Below are positions 29,335 to 37,474 of a stretch of 64,000 nucleotides of DNA, piece by piece. Source of the stretch: Planctomycetota bacterium (lineage in GTDB: Bacteria; Planctomycetota; SZUA-567; H5-PLA8). The stretch spans positions 20,502 through 84,501 of the forward strand of contig JBBRPR010000037.1 in the NCBI GenBank assembly GCA_038227875.1, given 5' to 3'. Numbering within the stretch: position 1 is the first letter of the stretch; every line of letters starts with the position of its first letter. The notes beneath the pieces are model-generated. The model saw nothing but the letters and a program-made list of their open reading frames with translations. It did no database searches and had not been told where the DNA came from. The position numbers and the translations under genes are program-made.

Positions 29335-29535
29335 GTGACGATCTCGGTAAATTCAAAAGAACAGACCCTGGAACCCGAAAGCACCGTCCAATCCCTGCTG
29401 CAGCAACTGGGCTTCGCGGAGAAACGCGTCGCTGTCGAAGTGAACCAGGAACTCGTCGTCAAGTCACAGTGGAATGACGTCCGCCTGAAGCCGGGCGATA
29501 AGGTGGAGATTGTCAGTTTCGTCGGCGGCGGATGA
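29335..29535 (+). CDS. thiS: Sulfur carrier protein ThiS
   Basis: VAVEVNQELV...GDKVEIVSFVGGG; adjacent to thiG. Confidence 0.93.
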   Translation: MTISVNSKEQTLEPESTVQSLLQQLGFAEKRVAVEVNQELVVKSQWNDVRLKPGDKVEIVSFVGGG

Positions 29536-29542
29536 GCACGGT

Positions 29543-29680
29543 TAGTTTTTAGTTGTGAGTTTTTAGTTTTGAATTGAACAGCTACGCTATCCCGTGCGAG
29601 ATGAAATGCGGATGGTTTTGAGTTGATCGCCGCTCCAGCGCAACGCAACTTAAAACTCAAAACTGAAAACTCAAAACTCT
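29543..29680. repeat. Inverted heptamer array between thiS and thiG
   Basis: agtttttagttgtgagtttttagttttg ... aaaactcaaaactgaaaactcaaaact. Confidence 0.8.
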
Positions 29681-29697
29681 CAGTTCCCGAGGTCCCC

Positions 29698-30522
29698 ATG
29701 TCCGAACTCTTTAACACCGTCAAGTCTTTCAAGCTCGGCTCCTACACGCTCCGTTCGCGGCTGCTCGTCGGCACGGGCAAATATCCGTCGCTGGAGATCA
29801 TGCGCCAGGCGCTCGATGCCTCCGGCTGCCAGGTCGTCACCGTCGCCGTCCGCCGCGTCGAGATGGGGCAGAAAAACGCGGAAGGCATTCTCGATTACAT
29901 CGACCCGAAGAAGTACATCATCCTGCCCAATACGGCCGGCTGTTTCACCGCCGCCGATGCCATCCGCTCCGCGCGCCTCGCCCGCGAAGGTCTCGGCGTC
30001 GATTGGGTGAAACTCGAAGTCCTCGCCGACAAGAAAACGCTGCTGCCCGATCCGCTCGGCACGCTGGAAGCCACGCAGGTGCTGGTCAAGGACGGCTTCA
30101 AAGTTCTCTGCTACACCAACGACGACCCGATCATGGCCCGCCGCCTGGAAGACGCCGGCGTCACCAGCGTCATGCCCGCAGGCTCGCCGATTGGCTCCGG
30201 GCAAGGCGTGCTCAACCCCAACAACATCCGCATCATTTTGGAGACGATCAAAGTCCCCGTGATCGTCGACGCCGGAGTCGGCACCGCCAGCGACGTCTGC
30301 ATCGCGATGGAACTGGGCGCGGAAGGCGTGCTGCTCAACACGGGCATCGCCCACGCCAAGGACCCCGTCGCGATGGCCCGAGCGATGGGCCAGGCCTGCG
30401 ATGCGGGATATTACGCCGCGCGCTCGGGCCGCATCCCGAAGAAACTTTACGCCACCGCCAGCAGCCCGTGGGAAGGACTGATTGAATCCGTGAAGCGGCC
30501 GGAAACTATCCCCGGCGAGTGA
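29698..30522 (+). CDS. thiG: Thiazole synthase
   Basis: [40 protein letters not shown]. Confidence 0.97.
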   Translation: MSELFNTVKSFKLGSYTLRSRLLVGTGKYPSLEIMRQALDASGCQVVTVAVRRVEMGQKNAEGILDYIDPKKYIILPNTAGCFTAADAIRSARLAREGLGVDWVKLEVLADKKTLLPDPLGTLEATQVLVKDGFKVLCYTNDDPIMARRLEDAGVTSVMPAGSPIGSGQGVLNPNNIRIILETIKVPVIVDAGVGTASDVCIAMELGAEGVLLNTGIAHAKDPVAMARAMGQACDAGYYAARSGRIPKKLYATASSPWEGLIESVKRPETIPGE

Positions 30523-30588
30523 CGCGGCGCTCGAACGGTGGTTAGAAGAATCGGTCCGAGAAAAATGGCGCGGTAAAAGGTATCCCCA

Positions 30589-31050
30589 ATGGATCCGGCG
30601 ATTGTAGCGGTGCTGGTGCTTTCTGCCTTGCCTCTAATCATGATCGTGATGCTTTTGCGTGAACTGCAAAAAGCCAAGTGGACACTCATGGATGTACTCG
30701 TCGGGTCGATCATCTTGGGGCACGTTGTAATTATTCCCATGGCAATCGCGTACCACCAAGAATACCGCGACAAGCGGCTGATCACGATGGCGATTGTCGG
30801 CGCGTTAAGTTGTGCGTTCGCCATGGCCATGGCTTACGGAACACTGTGGATTTTCCGCTGCCTGCATTCCATCGGCGAGAGAAGACCGGCAGTCCGAATC
30901 GGTTACATGGTCCTGGGATTCTTTTCGATTCCGCTGATCTTTGTTCCACCGTTGAATATCTTAATCTGGAGGACGTTGATAGAGCTATATCGCAAAGCAA
31001 AATCCATGGACCCTGCGGCGCCCCGAATTGAGCTCTTTGAGTCGACGTAG
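30589..31050 (+). CDS. Small multi-TM protein, paralog 1 of 3
   Basis: WTLMDVLVGSIILGHV; ERRPAVRIGYMVLG. Confidence 0.7.
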   Translation: MDPAIVAVLVLSALPLIMIVMLLRELQKAKWTLMDVLVGSIILGHVVIIPMAIAYHQEYRDKRLITMAIVGALSCAFAMAMAYGTLWIFRCLHSIGERRPAVRIGYMVLGFFSIPLIFVPPLNILIWRTLIELYRKAKSMDPAAPRIELFEST

Positions 31051-31192
31051 TATCTCTAACCCACTTCAAACTCATGATTTCAAGCAGCGCGCCCCAAGCA
31101 AATCCGCAATCCGAAATCCGAAATCCGCAATAAGCCGTGACCTCCCCGCCGCTCGTCGGTACAGCAATTGATTTACAGCTGGGAGCGCGCAC

Positions 31193-31696
31193 ATGTTCTA
31201 CGGAATCGCCATCGTTCTCGTGCTCATGGTCCTCCTGCTCGGGCTGGTCTATGCCGAAGCGCGGCGCACTCAGTGGTCGTTGTTTGAAGCACTTCTTGCC
31301 ACAGCGATCCTCGGCCACGTGCTGGTCGTGCCCCTTACTCTGGGCATCAATGCTCACGTCGGCGCGGAAAAGATCGCCGCAATCGTGGTCCTTTCCGTGG
31401 CCACCGCTTGTGGCATGAGCTATGGCGCGGCCTGGGTGTTTGGCAATCTCGCAGCGCTTCATGAGAAACGCACGTCCACCCGGCTGTTCTATATTCTGCT
31501 GGGACTGCTCTTCATCCCCAGCCTGCTGGCGATTCCGTTCAACCTGATCGGCGGATGGTTCATTTGGATTCCGTTGATTTCACTCCACAACAACGCCGAA
31601 ACCCAGCGCAACATTCTGGAAATTGACCAAAACCGAGCGAAGTTGGAAGAAACGTTTTTTCCCAAGTCAGAAGTTCCCAAACAGGAGACAGTCTGA
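31193..31696 (+). CDS. Small multi-TM protein, paralog 2 of 3
   Basis: WSLFEALLATAILGHV; EKRTSTRLFYILLG. Confidence 0.75.
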   Translation: MFYGIAIVLVLMVLLLGLVYAEARRTQWSLFEALLATAILGHVLVVPLTLGINAHVGAEKIAAIVVLSVATACGMSYGAAWVFGNLAALHEKRTSTRLFYILLGLLFIPSLLAIPFNLIGGWFIWIPLISLHNNAETQRNILEIDQNRAKLEETFFPKSEVPKQETV

Positions 31697-32289
31697 TGCC
31701 GGCGTTGCTGATCATCGCCTGGCTGATCACCGCCGTCGTTTTCGTGCGGACGCTCTATGTCGAAGCGATGCAGACGTCGTGGGACCTGCTGGAATCGCTG
31801 ATCGCCGCGAACATTCTCGGCAATGTCGTCGCCATCCCCATCGCCCTCGCGCTGGCTGAAACGACTTACTCCCGCGAAATTCGCCTGACAGAAGTGTTGA
31901 TGACCGGCCTGGTCGCCACGTTCATCGCCGCGTTCATGGCTGGCGGAGCAATCTGGGTGTTCCGCCGCTTGAAAATCATCGACGAAACCCGCCGCTGGCC
32001 GCGCATCGGCTACATGCTTCTGGGCTTGATGCTCTTCCCCAGCATGGTTGCCTTTCCATTCAATCTTTTCTTTGGCTGGATGATCTGGCTGCCGCTGCGG
32101 AGTCTCCATGGCGACGCCCAGCGAACCTGCCTGCGCGAAGCCATGCTCGCCGAGCGCGCTCGGCGCTTGTTAATTGAATCGCAGACGTCCGTCGGCGCTA
32201 CGGATGCGCGAACTTCCGAACGCCACGGAGATCTTCGCTCAACCGTGCCGAACCCCCCGCCATTGCAGCCCGTCTCTCGCACGGAGTAA
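31696..32289 (+). CDS. Small multi-TM protein, paralog 3 of 3
   Basis: WDLLESLIAANILGNV; ETRRWPRIGYMLLG; TGATG overlap with the previous gene. Confidence 0.75.
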   Translation: MPALLIIAWLITAVVFVRTLYVEAMQTSWDLLESLIAANILGNVVAIPIALALAETTYSREIRLTEVLMTGLVATFIAAFMAGGAIWVFRRLKIIDETRRWPRIGYMLLGLMLFPSMVAFPFNLFFGWMIWLPLRSLHGDAQRTCLREAMLAERARRLLIESQTSVGATDARTSERHGDLRSTVPNPPPLQPVSRTE

Positions 32290-32469
32290 CGATTCCCCGA
32301 TTCCCGGTCGCCCCGTACACTTCCCCCACTCCCTCTGCCCATTTTTCCCACATTGTTAGCGACCCAACAAAAAGCCGACCCACGTGGCACGCTGGTATGA
32401 ATATTGCACGTTGCCACGATTGCCATTCTTGACGATAATCGACGCATCACTGCAAACGGGAACCGCGCC

Positions 32470-33789
32470 ATGTCTCTTTCGTACTCGACCAACGTCCATC
32501 CCGCCGAATCGCTCGACGACCTCATGCGCAGCCTGCGCGAACATGTCGCTCCGATTTCGCGCGGCGCTTTCGGCGACTCGGTCGCCGCGGTGAACCTGCG
32601 CGTCGGCATCAAGCAGGTCGACGAACTGCTCGCCCACGCCGCGTTGCCCAGCAATTCGTTCGTCTCCGATGAAATTTTGTCGGCGGCGCCGTCGCCCGCC
32701 TGCCAGCAATTCCTGAACGAACTCGACGCGCTGAAACTCGACGTCGTCTCGATCAACGCTTTCCCGATCCGCGATTTTCATGCCCCGCGCGTCAAGGAGC
32801 AGGTGTACTCGCCGCCGTGGACCGATGGCGGCCGCGCGTTGTACTCGCTGAAAATTGCCAAGGCGATGACGCACTTCATGGCGCGCAAAGGCGTCGACCG
32901 CAAAGTCGCGGCGATCAGCGTGCCGTCCGGCGTATTCACGGGCCTCTATCCGGAAAGCGAAGACGTGCAGATGCAGTGCGCGCATTTCATCACCGAATGC
33001 GTCCGTGAACTCCTGCGCCTCGAACGCCTGACAGGCCGGACCGTGCAGCTGGGATTCGAACCCGAACCGATGACGCTCGGCGAAACCTGCTCCAAGTTCA
33101 TCACGTACTTCAAATTCATTCTCGCCGACGCACGCGAAAAGTTCCCGAAGCAACTGGGCGTCACGCGCACGCAAGCCGAGGAGATCGCGCGGCGTTTCGT
33201 CACCATCAACCTGGACCTCTGCCATCAGGCCGTCGAATTCGAAGACCCGGAGGACGACCTGAAGCAGCTCGCCGCCGCCGGGATCACGCTCAGCGGTCTG
33301 CATCTCAGCGCCGCGCTGCAACTCAAGCAACCCGCGCGCAACGCTGATGGCTGGGCGCGCCTGAAATCGCTCGACGAACCGCGCTACCTTCATCAAGTCG
33401 TGGCAAAGCTGAACGACGGCTCGTTCGTCCGCTACTCCGATCTCCCCGACCTCTGGAATCCGAAACGGTCGAAAGGAAAATCGCTCGAAGACTTCGCCGA
33501 GCTTCGCTGCCATTTCCATGTGCCGTTGTTCATCGAAGGCGATCTCGGCGGAGGCCTGTCGACGACCGTACAATCCGTCGCTCCGGCCGTCCGTTACGCG
33601 CTGAAGCATAAGCTGACCGACAACTTCATCGCCGAAACGTACACGTGGAACGTACTCGCCGGCCTCGCCGAAAAAGGCAACGCCGGCGCAAAGTCCGTCG
33701 TCGGCGGCGCCGGAGTTGACGTCCACGCGGGAATCGTCAAAGAGCTGCAGTGGGCGAAAGCGGTGCTGGAGTCAGGTCTTGGCTCGTAG
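32470..33789 (+). CDS. eboE: EboE-family metabolite traffic protein (xylose-isomerase-like TIM barrel)
   Basis: LSYSTNVHPAES, INAFP, VKEQVYSPPW, EPEP, DLCHQAVEFE, EPRYLHQ, RCHFHVP, ETYTW. Confidence 0.88.
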   Translation: MSLSYSTNVHPAESLDDLMRSLREHVAPISRGAFGDSVAAVNLRVGIKQVDELLAHAALPSNSFVSDEILSAAPSPACQQFLNELDALKLDVVSINAFPIRDFHAPRVKEQVYSPPWTDGGRALYSLKIAKAMTHFMARKGVDRKVAAISVPSGVFTGLYPESEDVQMQCAHFITECVRELLRLERLTGRTVQLGFEPEPMTLGETCSKFITYFKFILADAREKFPKQLGVTRTQAEEIARRFVTINLDLCHQAVEFEDPEDDLKQLAAAGITLSGLHLSAALQLKQPARNADGWARLKSLDEPRYLHQVVAKLNDGSFVRYSDLPDLWNPKRSKGKSLEDFAELRCHFHVPLFIEGDLGGGLSTTVQSVAPAVRYALKHKLTDNFIAETYTWNVLAGLAEKGNAGAKSVVGGAGVDVHAGIVKELQWAKAVLESGLGS

Positions 33790-33798
33790 CAATACCCG

Positions 33799-33987
33799 CG
33801 AAGGGTGGCCCGGCCCCTCGGGCCGGGTTGCGTTAGCAACAAGAAGCTCCGGGACAGACGCACCTATGCCGAGAGTACATGCGACTTCAGTGCAGTCAGG
33901 ACAATCGATCTCGTACGGCGAATTCCAAGATTGTCCTGGAACTTCTTGTCGCAAGCGACCCGGCCCGAGGGGCTGGGCCACCCTTCG
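33799..33987. repeat. MITE/REP-doublet-like element with ~57-bp inverted arms
   Basis: CGAAGGGTGGCCCGGCCCCTCGGGCCGGGT...GGGACA / TGTCCTGG...ACCCGGCCCGAGGGGCTGGGCCACCCTTCG. Confidence 0.75.
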
Positions 33988-34010
33988 AGAATGAGCGACG
34001 CACTGACCGC

Positions 34011-35426
34011 ATGAATCCCAAGAGCCAAGAGCCAAAAGCCAAGAGCCTGCTCGTCCTCAACGTCGTCGGCCTGACGCGCGAGTTGCTCAACCGTTTCCCG
34101 CAACGCGCGAAGAATCTCGTCACGTTCGGCAGCGAGGGCAGCTCGTGCACGCTCGGCACGGTCTTCCCGGCTGTCACCTGCACAGCGCAGGCCAGCATCC
34201 TCACGGGGCTGCTGCCGCGTGAGCACGGTATCGTCGCCAACGGCTGGTACTTTCGAGAACTCGCCGAAATCCATTTCTGGAAGCAATCCAACGCGCTCGT
34301 TAATGGTGAGAAACTCTGGGACGCAGCACGTAAACAGAGCGGCGGCGATTTCAAATCGGCACAGTTGTTCTGGTGGTACAATATGTATTCCACCAACGAC
34401 ATCGCCGTCACGCCGCGCCCGGCGCATCTGGCCGATGGCTCGCTGATTTCGCTCACCTACACGCAGCCGCCGGAACTTGCATTGCAACTCGACGACGAAC
34501 TCAGCCGCTTCCCGCTCTTCAAATTCTGGGGCCCCGATGCGGGCTTGGGTTCCAGCGAGTGGATCGCCCGCTGCGCCGAATCCGTGCAGCGACGCTACGC
34601 GCCGGGGCTCACGCTCGTCTACCTGCCGCACCTCGACTACAACCTGCAGCGCGTCGGCCCGGATGATCCGAGCATCGCCGACGATCTGGAAGCAATCGAT
34701 CTCGTCGCCGGAAAACTGATCGACGCCGCCCGCGCGCGCGGCCAGGACATCGCGGTCCTGAGCGAATACGGCATGACGCAAGTCGACGGCGCGATCGACA
34801 TCAACCGCGTGCTGCGCCGCGCCGGTTTCTTGAAAGTCCAGCAGCAAGCGACGTGGGAGCTGCTCGACTGCGGTGCCTGCCGCGCGTTTGCCGTCAGCGA
34901 TCATCAGGCCGCGCATGTGTACGTCAAAGATCCCGCCGATCTCTCCGCCGTCAAAGCGCTGCTCCAGAAAACGCCGGGCATCGAACGCGTCCTTGATGCG
35001 GCCGGCATTCGCGAACTCGGCATCGATCATCCCCGTTCGGGAGAACTGATCGCGATCAGCGCCGCGGACAAATGGTTCACCTATTATTATTGGGAAGATG
35101 ACGCCAAATGCCCGCCGTGGGCGCACGAAGTCGACATCCACAACAAGCCCGGCTACGACCCGGTCGAACTGTTTCTCGACCCGAAAGCGCATCTGGTCAT
35201 CCCGCGCATCCTGTGGCGCTTGGGCAAACGCAAGCTCGGCTTCCGCGCGACGATCATGGATTTCATCCCCTTCGATTCGTCGCTGATCCGCGGCAGCCAC
35301 GGCCGCCTCACCGATCATACCGACCAGGGCCCGCTGCTGATGCTCTCCCGCAAAAACGTCCCGCTGCCAGAGCATCTCCCCGTGACGGAAGTCAAAGCGC
35401 TGCTGCTGAAACTCCTGCGGGAGTAA
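34011..35426 (+). CDS. Alkaline phosphatase / nucleotide pyrophosphatase family protein (EboF-like)
   Basis: LNVVGL, FPAVTCTAQ, HGIVANGWY, YLPHLDY, LSEYG, DHQAAH, VDIHNKPGYDP, GSHG. Confidence 0.88.
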   Translation: MNPKSQEPKAKSLLVLNVVGLTRELLNRFPQRAKNLVTFGSEGSSCTLGTVFPAVTCTAQASILTGLLPREHGIVANGWYFRELAEIHFWKQSNALVNGEKLWDAARKQSGGDFKSAQLFWWYNMYSTNDIAVTPRPAHLADGSLISLTYTQPPELALQLDDELSRFPLFKFWGPDAGLGSSEWIARCAESVQRRYAPGLTLVYLPHLDYNLQRVGPDDPSIADDLEAIDLVAGKLIDAARARGQDIAVLSEYGMTQVDGAIDINRVLRRAGFLKVQQQATWELLDCGACRAFAVSDHQAAHVYVKDPADLSAVKALLQKTPGIERVLDAAGIRELGIDHPRSGELIAISAADKWFTYYYWEDDAKCPPWAHEVDIHNKPGYDPVELFLDPKAHLVIPRILWRLGKRKLGFRATIMDFIPFDSSLIRGSHGRLTDHTDQGPLLMLSRKNVPLPEHLPVTEVKALLLKLLRE

Positions 35427-35524
35427 TTTCGCCTCTGGGGGGCTCCTCCAAGCGGGCCGCCCGGACTACACACTGCACGGTAACCCGCGATGACCTGACA
35501 TGGCACTAAGCGGTTGAAGCGAAT

Positions 35525-37465
35525 ATGCTTCGAGTCACGTTTTGTCTGGGGAGAGCCGTTCGTATGACCGTCCGCCGTGCCGCCCTTTACGCCGCTCTAC
35601 TGCTCTGCCTTTCCGCCGTCGGCCGGTCCGCGTTTGCCGCGGCCACGCAGGCGGTCGCTTTTCAGGGGAAAGTCTACGACGTCACGTTCCTCACCCCGGA
35701 TGTCAAAGTCCCCCTTTTCGGCACCAACGACCTCATTTTTTATCAGGACATCAGCGGCAACCGCTACCTGATGCTTCCCACCGACCAGAATCTGCGCGGC
35801 GACTATGATATCAACGCGCAGCGCTTTTACATTCTGCAGCAGCAGAGTCTCAATAATTTCAACATCAACAGCTACGACCGCATCGACGCCACGGTGATGG
35901 ATCTGAACGCGCAGTTCATCAACTCCACCACCCTTTCACCGCTGACTCCGTATACGACCTACGCCACGCCCATCCCGGTCAATGAACTCTCGCAGGACGT
36001 CTGCATCGTCGACAATTTCTTCATGGGCCTGCGCACCGACGGGCCGACCACCGCCACCACCGCCACCACCGACGAACATCTGTTCACGATCACCCGCGTT
36101 TCCAACTCCACCGTTCAAGCCACGATCAATCCCAACCTCCACAATTCCACGGCACCCTTCATCGTTTACGATCCCAACAACGTCACGTATCTGACGATTC
36201 AGCGCACGCTCGATTCCAATCCGGCTGTAAACACCGACACGCGCCACCGCATCAGTTCTTTCAATCTCTCCGATGGCTCCCTCAACAGCATCATCAATCT
36301 CGATGGGCTCGACGTTTCGCTGGGCTTCAGCGGGAACACGGCCGGCATGACCATCGATCCCTCGACGGGCGTCATCTACCTGCTCGATGCCGGGTCGTCG
36401 ACGCCCGCCATCCCACGCAAGATTTTCACATTTACCCCGCGTGTCCCGCGCATCACGTCTGTCTCGCCGTCGAAGGGTACGTTCAAGGGCGGCACCGCGG
36501 TCACCGTCAACGGCGTCAATCTACCGGCGGATGCCCAAGTCTTCTTCGATGGCATCCTGGCCTCGAACATCGTCGTGAATTCCACGATCAGCATCAGCTG
36601 CACCACTCCGGCGCACGCACAGGGCGCCGTCGACGTCGTCGTCACCGGCACGGGTATCAACACGCAACTCACCCTCGCCAAGGCGTTCACCTACATCAAT
36701 CAACCGCCCTCCGCGGCACTCTCCGCGTCGCCGACGTCCGGCCCGCCCCCGCTGACGGTCAGCTTCAACATCGGCGCGTCGACGGATCTCGATGGCTCGC
36801 TCACCCAGCGCGTGATCACTTTCGGCGACGGCCAGTCGTTCACGTTCTCGTCGGACCAGAGCGTCGTGGACACCACGCACATCTACCTGGCCAACGGCAC
36901 GTACACCGCGACGCTTACAGTCACCGACGATCTCGGCGCGACCGGCACCGCGACGCAGACAATCATCGTCGGCACCGGCGGCGACGACATCTCCGACAAC
37001 AATCTCGTCCTGCGCCAACTGTCCTTTACGCTCAACGGCGGCTCGAAAGACAGTGTGAAAATCCGCGCGGAATTCATCCTTCCCACCGACGTACCGCTTG
37101 GCAGCGCCATGGTTGATATCGGTGTAAGCGGCGGCCAGCCCGGCGGTGTGGTCTTCTCCAACACGCTCAATTCCAGCGGCAATAAGGTCGTCGGCTTCCC
37201 CAAGTTCTCGCTGAAGCTTTTGAACAAGCGCGGCTTCGATCCACAGACCTACACGCTCTCGTTCTCGAAGAACAACACGAGCATCAAGGACGACCTGACC
37301 GCCTCCGGCTTGAATCTAACGTCCAGTAATCTGGCCACGCTGACGGTTTACGTGCGGATCACCACCGAACAGGGCCGCGAGATCACCCACACCAAGCCCA
37401 GTGCGGTGGTCTCCGTCAAAGCCGGCCGCAACTCGAAGTCATCAGTGAAGCTGACGCGCAATTAG
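35525..37465 (+). CDS. Secreted IPT/TIG + PKD domain protein
   Basis: Signal peptide; PRITSVSPSKG..GGTAVTVNG; FGDG...HIY..NGTYTATLTVTDD. Confidence 0.8.
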   Translation: MLRVTFCLGRAVRMTVRRAALYAALLLCLSAVGRSAFAAATQAVAFQGKVYDVTFLTPDVKVPLFGTNDLIFYQDISGNRYLMLPTDQNLRGDYDINAQRFYILQQQSLNNFNINSYDRIDATVMDLNAQFINSTTLSPLTPYTTYATPIPVNELSQDVCIVDNFFMGLRTDGPTTATTATTDEHLFTITRVSNSTVQATINPNLHNSTAPFIVYDPNNVTYLTIQRTLDSNPAVNTDTRHRISSFNLSDGSLNSIINLDGLDVSLGFSGNTAGMTIDPSTGVIYLLDAGSSTPAIPRKIFTFTPRVPRITSVSPSKGTFKGGTAVTVNGVNLPADAQVFFDGILASNIVVNSTISISCTTPAHAQGAVDVVVTGTGINTQLTLAKAFTYINQPPSAALSASPTSGPPPLTVSFNIGASTDLDGSLTQRVITFGDGQSFTFSSDQSVVDTTHIYLANGTYTATLTVTDDLGATGTATQTIIVGTGGDDISDNNLVLRQLSFTLNGGSKDSVKIRAEFILPTDVPLGSAMVDIGVSGGQPGGVVFSNTLNSSGNKVVGFPKFSLKLLNKRGFDPQTYTLSFSKNNTSIKDDLTASGLNLTSSNLATLTVYVRITTEQGREITHTKPSAVVSVKAGRNSKSSVKLTRN

Positions 37466-37474
37466 CGAAGTGCG

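Noticed and set aside
29250..29697. TPP riboswitch near thiS/thiG
   Set aside because: No TPP aptamer core recognised; the structure present is explained by heptamer arrays
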